DNA of 64,000 bases, taken from positions 71,364,001 through 71,428,000 of the forward strand of contig NC_045696.1 of NCBI RefSeq assembly GCF_009834535.1. The letters run 5' to 3'. Within the stretch, counting starts at the first letter, position 1; each line of letters starts with the position of its first letter. Position numbers and translations under genes: made by a program. This document shows, piece by piece, positions 38,047-50,775 of the stretch. The stretch is from Camelus ferus (lineage: Eukaryota). A model generated the notes under the pieces. It made no database searches. It saw only the letters and a program-made list of their open reading frames with translations, and was not told where the DNA came from.

Positions 38047-40759
38047 CAGAGCAGAGATTTAAACTCAGATCTAGACCCTTCCAGCCCGTCACCCCATAGT
38101 GATTACAATTGCATTGTGGTTACAAGATCTCCCATTTGTGTTTCAGGCAATGGACTTTTGCCTAAAACATAGTAGTGCAGTAGTGACTCTGTCACAGAAC
38201 TTCCTTAGGACTCCTGAAGTCCATCTGACCATGAGAGTCTCTTCAGCAGAGCTGTTGTCTGATGTGCTGGTCTCTGATGACCTGTCTTTTCTTGCATAAA
38301 TGTTGCCTTTTGTCCTTACTTGGTTTTTTACTTTATTCCATGACAATGGGAAAACTTAGCTTTTTAATTAAACAAAAAAAAAGTAGAAAAATCTATTCTA
38401 AGTGGAGCAGTTTTGCCCAGTAGGCGGTGGAACTAAAATGCCATTATGCCATTTATAATTTCAGTGATGATTAAAGAATAGCATGTGAGTTCTAGCTTTA
38501 ACAGCAGCACATTATAAATAGTAGAAACTGACCCGGTATTACTGTATAAGAGACATAAAGACTTACGAAAAGGGGCTCTGTTTTATGAACTCTAAATTTA
38601 CCTGCCTCCTTCCGTGCATACTTAAAGGATCTTTTCTCCAGCAGTTTTTTTATTCTTCCCAACTATAATTAGATGACCTTTTTCCGTTCTGAAAATCAGA
38701 TCAAATGCATTTTAAAGTTCAGTATCTGAAAGGCAGAGGAATCCTTTCTCTTTGCTGTTACTAATTTCAGCTCCTTTCATTTACTAGATCTTGATCATAT
38801 CCAGAATTCATCTTTTCTAACCTCTTTAATGTTGATTTAGAATCTTTACTAATGGTAAAGATCCATTAGTAACCTCAGCACATTTCCTTGACTTTATGTC
38901 CCTGACCAAATTTTATGGTCTTCACCTTGTACTGCTACTACAATAGTGATTGCTAATATATATTGAATATTTGCTGTGTGCCTAGGCTAAGGACTAATTT
39001 AATACTCTTAAAATCCTGTGAGAGATTCTAGTTTACTGAAAGGAAACTCCTTAAAGATGGAAACTCATCCAAGGTCACACAGCAAGTCATTGCAGAGCCG
39101 AAGTTTCATACTGAACACGAGACTGTGAGGCTGCTACCAAAAAAAAGATAACCTCAGAAAATAGTCATTTTGAAATAGTTTCCTAATTTTAATTTAACCA
39201 GATGATCAATTATATTTGAACTTATATGAGTATAATCAAACCAGTGTACTTGTAAGATTAAAGTAGTTGACTCTTTGCTTTAAATAAGTAGGTTAAAAAG
39301 ATTTGAGAAGACACTTTATTAATGGAGAATTCCTGACAAGTGTTTCATTTCTTGTGAGAGGTTTTACAATTGCATTTGAATCTTAGGGTGATCCTCTTTC
39401 TCTTGTTCTAAGTTCACTGGAGAACTTCAGTCTAAGCCCAAATGAATCTTGTTACATGCTTGTTAATTAATCTTTTTTAAATGCCTTTTTTTCTTTCTGT
39501 GAATTTACTGATTATTTTTAAAAAATTTTAATGGTGACTGTATTTTCATGATTAAATTTTAACTGTATTTAGTGAATATTAAGATGCAAGTCAAGTACAA
39601 GTCAAGTCCTTTGTAATAAAAAAAAAAAAAATGCCCAGAACATTTTAAAAAATGGTTAAAACAAACTGTAATTCTGATACCAGGTAAGTTGAATAGAGCA
39701 TTTTTTCAGTCAGGTGTCTGAGATGGAAAGATCAACAAAATCTGGTTTCTGCCTCAGGGAACATGACATGTTTGGGGAAACCAGGGTAAAAATAAAGGTT
39801 TCAGTAAGAAAAGCTTTTAATAGTACCCATTCTGAATCAGTCCCCTGTCCCCCAGGGATGCTCCCCCAGCCTGGGAGAGGAGGCAGATACCCAAGTTCCA
39901 CCTGCAGCCTGTGCTGCCCTCAGGCAGAGTGCCTGGTCGTGCAGACCCTGGGCTGTGAGCTTCTCATCTGTTTCCTCCCTGCATGTTCCTCATTTTCAGC
40001 AGACACTCCCTAGATGCCGAAGTACAATGCAGGGGATAGAGCACAGGTTACAGAGTTAGATTTGGGTTCTAGTCTCAGGTCAGGTGATTCCTAGCTGTGC
40101 AGCGGAGCAAGTTAGGTTACTGACCCTCTGAGTGCTTCAGCTTCCTCAGCACATTGCTTCCGGCTGCTTTCAGGCATTGTTTAACAGCAGCATGGGGACT
40201 GGAGCTGAATTTTAATAGGTGGGCAGAATTTGGATCAGTGGACTCCCTTTTGTGTAGCCAGGTGGAAGGTGACAGAGGCATTTAAATTTTTATACCCATC
40301 TTATTAGTAAATTCTAATTCTGACCTTCCTTACACTTAAAATAATAAAGAGAGTCTAGGCTTAGAATTGGCCTGATCTGCAGGTGAATGCTTGACTGACC
40401 ACTTAGGAGCTGTTAGCACCTTGGGCAGATGACTTTCTCAGACTTGGCTTTCTCAATGGTTGTAAATGGGAAAAGTGATATTCACCTTGCAGGGCTGTGG
40501 TGAATTAAAAGTAGTGTGTGTGAAGTGCTTACACTTTTCATAGTGGTCATGCATGGTCCCATCCTACTTCCATCTTTTATGTATTTTATATGTTAAAGGT
40601 AAGTCATTGATCCATAGTAAATTAATCATCTATTTTAATACACTAGATAGAAAATGACAGTGGCATTCAGTTTTTAAAATGTCAGCTTGTATCATCATGG
40701 TTCTTGCCATTTGTATGTCACACTGAGTGTTGGACCTGGTTTGTTTTTCTTTTCCCCAG

Positions 40760-40871
40760 ATGGTATATTACTTACGGTCATGAACTCATTTGGAAGAACA
40801 GGGAGCCTCTAGTGAAAATCTGGCATGAAATGAGGACTAACGGCCCCAAAAAAGGAGGTGGTTCTAAGTAA
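40760..40871 (+). CDS. PARL: PARL exon 10, coding part to stop
   Basis: ccccag|A TGG ... AAG TAA; (I)WYITYGHELIWKNREPLVKIWHEMRTNGPKKGGGSK*. Confidence 0.97.
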
Positions 40872-41055
40872 AACTGGGGTTGGACAACACTGGTGCATCT
40901 GGTCCATGCTGCCTGAAGCCCCAGGAACTCGTTGGCCCTGGAGTGACCACATCTTTGTTCTGCCTGGAAGACACCCAGCATCTAGCTTTCCCAGTATTTT
41001 AAACTATGTCCCCAGTACATGTCTCATTAGAAAGTGAATTATGACAAAGTTGTGA

Positions 41056-41061
41056 AATAAA
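41056..41061 (+). terminator. PARL: PARL polyadenylation signal
   Basis: AATAAA about 185 nt after the stop codon, followed by T/GT-rich sequence. Confidence 0.8.
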
Positions 41062-41911
41062 GGTTTATATCTCTAGTTTGTAAACAGAGGGTATATGTCT
41101 CTTTGAAGAGCACTAATGCTGCCCTGGACTGTTGTTATTTGCTTTTGCATTTAACACAGTTTGAGCCCTGAACCTGACGTTCGTGCCCATGGAAAGGTCG
41201 GATTGGAACTCGGAGTTGGTTGTGTCTGTACATTGGTCTTCAGCACCTCTGCTAAATATTTACTCTTACTTACTTACCCCTTTCCTTGCTTGGTTGACAG
41301 GTAAAAGTTAAGAGCATCTTCTCTCTGGCATGGTCTGAAATAACAGCTGCAGTATTATCTAAATTTTCCCAAGAAAGGTAGGTAATGTTTTCTGGCAGTG
41401 AGTGGCACATACAAAAAGTTATTTTTAGGTTTTGCTTTCTAGGTTAAAATTATAGCTAAATTAAGAATTAGAAGGAAGTATCTTGGATAAATTCAGACTT
41501 GAATCTGAGCCTAATTGTATCTTACGTTGGGAAATGTACATTCTTTGGAGTGAAACATCTTACAAAATAGCGGACAGTGGTCATCATCATAGCTTCATGG
41601 TAGTGGAACTCACTTGTCCTCATGATTGAAAATTATTTCTAGGAAATGCAACTTGAGAATTTAAGTTTATCTTGAAAGGATTTATGGGAGAGCTTTTAAG
41701 TCTTTTGGTGACCTCAAAAGTTTATCGTAGATTTTGCACCTTGTGCTGGAGAGGGCCGGGCTTTGTGACCAGAAGAGGGAGCTGTGCCGCCTCTCACGAT
41801 GCTGAGAGCTGAATGGCACTTGTACCCAGCACATGGTATTGTCCAGGATGTGGTGGTTCTTCTTTTTTCCACCAAGCCTGACCCTTCTCTACTGTGAAGT
41901 ACCAATCATTC

Positions 41912-42005
41912 TTTTTTTTTTTTTAAATGGAGGTACTAAGGATTGAACCCAGGACCTCGTGCATGCTAAGCACGCACTCTACCACTGAGCTGTACCCACC
42001 CCCTC
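41912..42005 (-). mobile_element. tRNA-Ala-derived SINE, short form
   Basis: poly-T then TGGAGGTACTAAGGATTGAACCCAGGACCTCGTGCATGCTAAGCACGCACTCTACCACTGAGCTGTACCC; TCATTCTT on both flanks. Confidence 0.88.
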
Positions 42006-42342
42006 AATACAAGTCATTCTTACGAGGCAGAGGAGTCTATTCTAAACTGCCACTTAAAGGAGAGAGAATTTTTTTTTAACTCGCCCTTCATTTTGCTGGT
42101 AAGGAACCCGGGTGGTTGTGTGTGGGAACTGCCCAAGGTCACACTGCTGTGCTTTGACATTTCTGAATGTGTAGTTAAGCTAACAACCCTGTGACTTAAA
42201 GATGAGACAAGAAGTGTTTTTCAGAGATGGAATGGGAGGCTGAGATCATATGGACGTTCCACATGGAGTCCAAAATGAAATACATGTCTTCTGTGGGCAG
42301 ACCAGGAAAACGGGCAGTGAATACATGTCTTACCTCCTTGAT

Positions 42343-42516
42343 TTGTTTTTTTTGTTTTACCTCTTTTTTTTTTTTTTTTTTGGTTTTTGGTTGGTTTGTT
42401 TTGAGGGGGAGGTAATTAGGTTTATTGATTTATTTGTTTAATGGAGGTACTGGGGATTGAACCTAGGACCTCGTGCATGCTAAGCACACACTCTACCACT
42501 GAGCTGTACTCTCCCC
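42343..42516 (-). mobile_element. tRNA-Ala-derived SINE, long form
   Basis: T-rich tail, GGGGGAGGTAATTAGGTTTA segment and full tRNA-like body. Confidence 0.88.
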
Positions 42517-44299
42517 GTGTCCTCTCCCTGCTTTGTGATAGTTAGGAAAGGAATGTTTAGAAGGTTAAGTACCTACCGGTTTCCCTGTAAGAGGCCTTGG
42601 GAGGTCAGCTTGCAGCTCCAGAAGCACAAGCCTAACTGTCCACAGCCTTGGCAATTGACCCTACTCTCCTGTTTGCCCTCTGGGTTTATGTTACTTTCTC
42701 ATCTTGGCTTCTTTGCTGACACATGATCACCCCAAGGCTTTGCCTGGCTCATGTGCCTCAGCCTGTGCCCCCTCCACTCCACTGTCTTCTGAAGTGTGGG
42801 GTCCCTGGAGTACACCCTTAGCTGTCTCGTCTCTCCACTTCCTGTGGCTTCAGTTGTCTCTGTGAGGATGTCTTCTGAGTGCTGGACCCACTGAGTATCT
42901 GCATCTCTCACTCAGTACGTGTGTCTACTGTGTGTCAGGCATAGTTCCAGGTGCTGGGACCCCACTGCACAGGCACATCACATATCACTCCTGCCTCAAG
43001 CCCTCAACCAGCCTGGGGCTAGTCTAGATTTCCCTCTCTCATCTCATGTCTAGAATCCATCCCTTTCTCTCCACTCCCAGTGCCTGTGCCTTAGTTCAGT
43101 CCCTTGTCTCTAACCTGGACTCAAGACTGTTCTCCAGCTGCTCTCTAAAACGTCCTTGTGCTTCTCCATATGGCCACAGAGTGCCAAAAACACTTTAGTC
43201 ATTTCCTGTTGTCGCCTATGAAAAACTTTTAAGCTCCCAGTGTGACTACTGAGGTCTTTTGTGGGTCCAGCCTCTGCTGCTTCTGGCTGAACCCTTAGCC
43301 CATGACCTTGCGTTCCCACCCAACCCAGCTGCCCTCCCTCACTACAAGCAGCAAGCCCAGCCCCCGGCCCTCTTTTCTGCTGTTGCTTTATGCAGTTCTA
43401 TTATGCTGGTTTTCACTGCGCTGTAAACCTCCTGAAGGCACCCTACATTCTTCCAGGTACTTAGTTTAAGAGCTCTTTGTTGTTTAATGAATGAAGAAAC
43501 CAAGACTAGAAGAGCTGCTCTTTTTTCCTGCAGGATGGAGTGTTTCAGTCACCACCTCCTGGGTGGCTGGACTGAGGCCCTAGTGCATGGAGGTCACACA
43601 AAGGCAGCTTACCCTGAGCAGGTGTGTAATCTCCCAGTATCTTCACAGTATGCACAACCCCTCTTCTGCTGCCTCTTGGGCCATGGCCTAGCCAAGGCAC
43701 CTGAACTGCTGCCACTTTGGGACTGTTGTGTCATTTTGCTGTGACTTCGAGCTAAGACAGGCAGTGGTTTGGGAGAGGAATGTGTTCTGACTGGCCAGGG
43801 CTGTGCTGCAGTCCTCGTCTGTGAGGTGCAGGCTGAATAGCATCCAAATGTATGCCTGAGATGGAGCACTCGGTATTAATGCTGTTTCAACAGTGTTGTT
43901 GGTAATTGGTCTGCAGTGCATACTGAGGGCTTGTGTCAGATATTCAGGACACTTTTTGAATGTGGCCAGGGAGTTGTTTGATACCCTGCTATGCATTAAA
44001 CAGACTGACCTTTAGCCTGAAGGATTACCCATATTTAGCTCTGCACAGGAGGGGGAACTTTTACAGTCTAGCGGCCAAAGATTTCCGGAAGCTTTATAAA
44101 GCCAAATCAAGTCTTGTGGCCATGCTTTAAAATTAGGGATTTTAGACCCCAGGAAATGTCAATTGAAGGCTAATGCCAGTTCTCAATGGAAGCTAAATGG
44201 GTTGTCACAAATTGAGCATCATAAAGGCTGATTCAAACACCTCTGGGAAGCACTGTCAAATCTTCCCTGTTATTCCCTCATCGATGCTTCTCCCCACTG

Positions 44300-45263
<964 letters not shown>

Positions 45264-48151
45264 TAAGAGGTCCAGGGTGGGTGGGAGAGAGGAGGCTCCT
45301 GGAGCACCCATCCCACACGACTTGGAGAGGTGCAGGCAGCTTCGGAGGTCATCCCTTTTGGTCCCTGGCACTGCAGGCGTCTCCTGTCTCTTTCGTTGTT
45401 CCCTGACCAGACTGGGAGTGAGCTAGCATCTCCTTGACAGGAAGTTCACTACCTCACTCAGCCCGCTCCCCTCTAGGATAATCATGTCAGAAAGGCTGCC
45501 TTAGACTGAGTTAAAATTTAGTTCCCTTCCCCTTTACCTTCTACCAAGTGGACCTAGCCATCGGAGGGGTGAGCACAGGCCAACTGCCCGAGTTCCCTCT
45601 GTGGGGACACTGGCAGTGAAGACCAAATGCAGGGCTTCTGAGTGGGTGGTCCCCTCAGGATCTCACTGAGTGAGGGTAACTGATGTGGCTTTCACTGAGA
45701 ACAGGTCTAGTGGGTCCTCCCCACCCACACACCCCTCCTGGGCTCTGCCCCTGAACAACTGAAGGCTTTCTCCCTTCTTTCTCTTACTGTAACAGTGATA
45801 CATACTCACTGTAAAGAAAAAAAAAAAAAAACCCGGAAATTACAACATAGAAAATGAGTATGCCCTTAATCCTACCCCAAACTGGTAGTTCTTTCTAATC
45901 CCTAATATGCATTTGAGTGCATATCCGTTTATAATTCTTACATGGTTAGATTCTTACTATACACGATTTTTTTCTCCCATGTATTGTGGATGTTACTAGA
46001 TGTTCTTTTACAGCACCAATTTTAATGAACGTGCAGTATTTTCTTAATAAACATTTATCCGTATATTGATATGTATGTCCAAATATTAACCTACTCTTAT
46101 CATTGACTATTTAAGGTATTTCTAATTTGGGGCTATTTACTGTTCCTTTGATCTAGTTATTTCACTTGCAGGAATTATCCCTACAGGTATCCTTGGGGGT
46201 GTGAGCTAAGGAGTATAAGATGTGTCAACACTGTGCAGCAGAAAATGGAAACAGTCTGACTGTCCTACTGATGTGGGGACTGGTTAATTATAGCTCTGCT
46301 GTAGGATGGGCTACTGGGAAGCCCAGAATGTACTGATTATAATAGAGGATCTTCCATAGGTATTTGTCAAAAAAGATGCAGAACAGTGTGTCTGCTACTA
46401 TGGGTGTTTTTAAAGGGGTTATTAATATATACATATCTGCTCAAATAAGCATAGCATGACTCTGGATGGATGTGTGAGAAAATGGTAACCTTTAGGGAGT
46501 GGAAGAAGGGGAAGGAGTTACGGATGCTGCTAGGATGGAAGGAGACTGACTGAGTGGCTTTTCGCTCTACTTTTTTGAATCAGTGCTTAAAAAATAACTT
46601 CTGTGATAAGCATTCTTGTAGCTGAATCTTTGCTTATATCATAATTCCACAGGTAGGCATTTATACTAAAATTAAAGGGCCAAAAGGTATGAAATTTCCC
46701 CTTCAGTTTTATTACTTTTAAAGCCAACTGTATTGAGGTATAATTTCCATCCAGGAAAATTCGTCCATTGTTAAGTGTATAGCTGGATGACTTTTATATA
46801 CACCTGGGCATCACCACCATAATCAAGATATGTAGAACATCTCATCTCCCCAGAGACGGCCATGCAGGTTTTAAGAACTCAGTGGGGAGGGGCTGTTGCA
46901 GGCTGGGTCTTGTGTTCAGGGACACGTGTTCAAGCTGAGCTGCAGAAACACAGATGGGGATGTCAGGCGCAGGGCAGGCACTGAGCCGCAGCGCTGGGGC
47001 CCTAGCCAGGCAGTGGACAGTACTGACTGCTGCATGACGGGGGTCCCTGAACCAGCTGGAAGGGCTGAATGGTGACGGGCCTGGAAGGCCAGAGGTCCTG
47101 GGTGTGCAGCGGCTTCAAATGGCTGATGATCCAAGTGCCAGGAGTGGACAAGGGGCAGAGCTTGCAGGGAGATAGCTTCAGCTTAGGGAAGGAAACACTT
47201 TCTAATAATTAGAATTGACTGCAGTGGGTGAGCCTCATGCAGTGCTAAGCTCCTGCTCACCTGGAGTGTCCAAGCAAAGGCTGGGTTTTTAAAAGCAGCC
47301 CCTCACCCTTGTTGAGCAGATGGTGGGTTTGAACATCCTGCTGAATCCTCCCAGCTCCAGTGATACTAAAGGTACTAGTTATTACTCTCTGCTTAGCATG
47401 CACCAGGCACCAGGCTTAGGACTTCCCAAGGATCATCTCCCCAAGACTTTACAACAACCCTCTGGAATCAGTTCAGTTCTTGCTGTTCCCATTCTATGGG
47501 TGAGGAACTTGAGCAGCTGGCACAGGGTCATGCAAAGCAAAGTGGAACCCAAGTATGTCTTGCCTCAGAGACCAAGTTTGTGTCCCCAACAGGTTATCAC
47601 TCCCTAAGTTGCTGCCTCCTCTGAATCAGGTAGCTTCTTGACCTGTGTCCTGCAGTGGTGGAAAAGTACTAATAAGAGTTGCAACTCAGTGGGGCTCTTA
47701 GTTCCTGATGTATAAACCTGGTGGGTCACTTGGCCCCTCTGACCCTTTCCTCATCTGTAAAGCAGATGGGTCACCTGGCAGAGACGCAGGACCAGTGCTG
47801 AACTTGGCTCCCCCAGCACCACACCAGTTGACCTCTGGGACCCTCCACCCCCCAGCTCTACTACTGGCATGAGCAACTCCATCCCATCTGCCTTCCTGCA
47901 AGATGCACAATACCTAAGCAAACTGTTTATTTAAGAAATTCACAAAGCAAAGACAATGAACAAATCCAAAGAACCCAAAAATAGCAGTACTTGTGGCTAC
48001 TCCTCTCCACCCCAGCAGGTCCTCACCAGACCCCTGGTCTCCAGGTGAGAACTGACTTGCCTCACTTGCTTGGCCAGATGGGCAGTGGATCCGCCCACTG
48101 CCAGCCTGGGTCATTCCTCCTGACCAGGTCCTCCAGAGCCTCCCCTCCAGA

Positions 48152-48301
<150 letters not shown>

Positions 48302-49995
48302 CCCTGGCCCAGGTTCCAGCTCCACTCACTTCTGGAAGAGCTCCTTCCTCAGTCATCTCTTTCCTTGCTGGATGGGTGAGATAAAGAACTAACAGGCAAA
48401 GTGCCAGACCTGACTCCCACTTTTCTAAGTGCCCAACTGGATGCCCAGAGAAGTTAAGGGATTTAATTGAGGCTGTGCTGGGCTGAGAACCCAGGCTTTG
48501 GGATCCTCAGTCTGGGCTCAGCGTCCAGCTGAGGCTCACACGAGGTGGATGATGGTGGAATCTGCTTGGTGAGGGGAGGCACAGTGGACCCAGCTAGTCC
48601 TGTACTTTTATTTTATTGGCTCTCCTCAGCCAGAGCCAGTCCTCATCTTCTGGGTGGTCACCAGGCCATGCCAATTCTATCTTCAGTGTCCCTTCTTCAT
48701 TCTCACTGCAGGCCCTGCTCTCACCTGGGCTCCAGCAGCAGCCTCGCCCCAGGAGCAGCCACAGGCTCTGCTGGAGCCCCCAGCCCTGGTCGCTTCCTAC
48801 TCTGGGACCCTTGCAGCCACCCTGGGCAGTAGGCTTGGGCTGCCAGGCCTAAGGCTCAGCTCAGTTTGGGAACAGAAGGGCAGGCCCAGGGGAGGACTGG
48901 CCTCCCCAGGAGAAACAGAGCAGCAGATGGCTCGGGCAGCTGGTCTTTGAAATCTTGCAGCTTCAGAAGCAAAAATTATCTGATAGGGCTCTGGCCCAGT
49001 TCGCCTCCGGGCACCCGAGTGCTGTCCACGGACAGACACAGCTGTTCTCTGCACACGTGGCCTGCCCAGTGGTGCCCAGCTGGGCTGCTGCCAAGGAAAA
49101 AAGGCAGCTTTGTTGACCTCAAGGGTGGATGGGATGAAACAGGCACGGACCCAGCCCACACGTGGGTGCTGCCTCTGGCCAGCCGGACACTTTTCCACAG
49201 AACAGCGCCTTGGCCAGGGGCTCCTATGGGCACAGGAGGTCTCTGCCTTCCTGAACTCACTGTTTAGTAGGGGAGTTGACAATTAAAATAGGCCTTCTTT
49301 GTTTAGTTATTAAGTCTTCATCAAAAGAGCACACAGAGGGCCATCTTGTAGATTTCTTGAGATGATCACTACAGTTTAGTCTTTTGCAGGAGTTAATCAG
49401 ACAAATTATTAAAAAGTAAACATAACACTGAGCCCCATTTTTCCTCCTCGGTCGTCACCGGGTATGGAGGACTGTGCTGTGCACCATCCAGGCCGGCACC
49501 TCCTCTGGATATAAGAGCCACCAGTGAAGTGGGCTGGAGGCAAGCGACCTTCACTGGTCTTGGCCCTCTAGGGCCCCTTGAAGTGGCCTGGAGACCACAG
49601 CCAGCACTGGAATGTGCTGTCTCTGAGGCCTAGCACACGCCAGGTGCTTGCAGTTCGGCATGAGTAAGATCTGGTTGCTGACAGCTCTCTACTCACTCAC
49701 TGCTCAGCCTGTGCCCGTTGCTCCTCGGGAGAAAGTTTCCACTCCTACTTCCTGTGGGGTCAGGGTGAGGGACCTCACGGTGGGGCTCTTGGCGGGTCAG
49801 TTACAGACCTGTGTTACTGGGAGTGGGGTCTGTCTGGGGAGTGCACTTCCTCTGCCACTTCTGCCCTTGTAAGGGGAGGAAGGAGGCTCTCAGCAGTGAC
49901 CACTGGCCAGGCAGGAACAGTCCCAGAAGCACAGGGCAGGGACTGCATCCCGAGGGGTCAGGGGAAGGGATGGCCAACCCTGTGCAAGGTTGTGA

Positions 49996-50241
<246 letters not shown>

Positions 50242-50655
50242 TAGGATGGCATGGTAGGGACAGTGGTGTCGGAACGCCTGGCTGTCCCTCACAAACAGAA
50301 AACTAAGGTGCTTTGTCATTAGCCAGGTGTGTGTCCCCCTAGTGCTGGATGAACTGGGGAGCAAGATGTCTTTTCCCCTCCTAAACCCCAATCTTACCCT
50401 TCACCACCGAGCACTAGTGATGGGCCTTCCAAATCCCTGGCATTTGTGTGAGAGAGAGAGGAGAGGAGAGGAGATGGGAGGTGGGAGCCGTTCAGCTTCC
50501 TGGTTCTACCCAAAGGCTCAGGGAGCAGAACAGAAGGTCCATGAGCCCTGACGTAATGCAGTGACTCTGCCCGTCGTGGATGCTCCCCCCTCGGACCCTT
50601 CAGGGCAGCAGTCCCAACTCTTGGGGCAAAGACGATGGGGGGGCGGTGGAAGTAG

Positions 50656-50775
<120 letters not shown>

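Noticed and set aside
41927..42000. Genuine tRNA-Ala genes at the SINE loci
   Set aside because: They have A-rich tails, TSD-like flanks and stem mismatches; multi-copy SINE origin is the simpler explanation
48797..49282. 161-aa and overlapping ORFs in MAP6D1 intron 1
   Set aside because: No recognisable protein motif; overlapping ORFs on both strands are expected in GC-rich DNA
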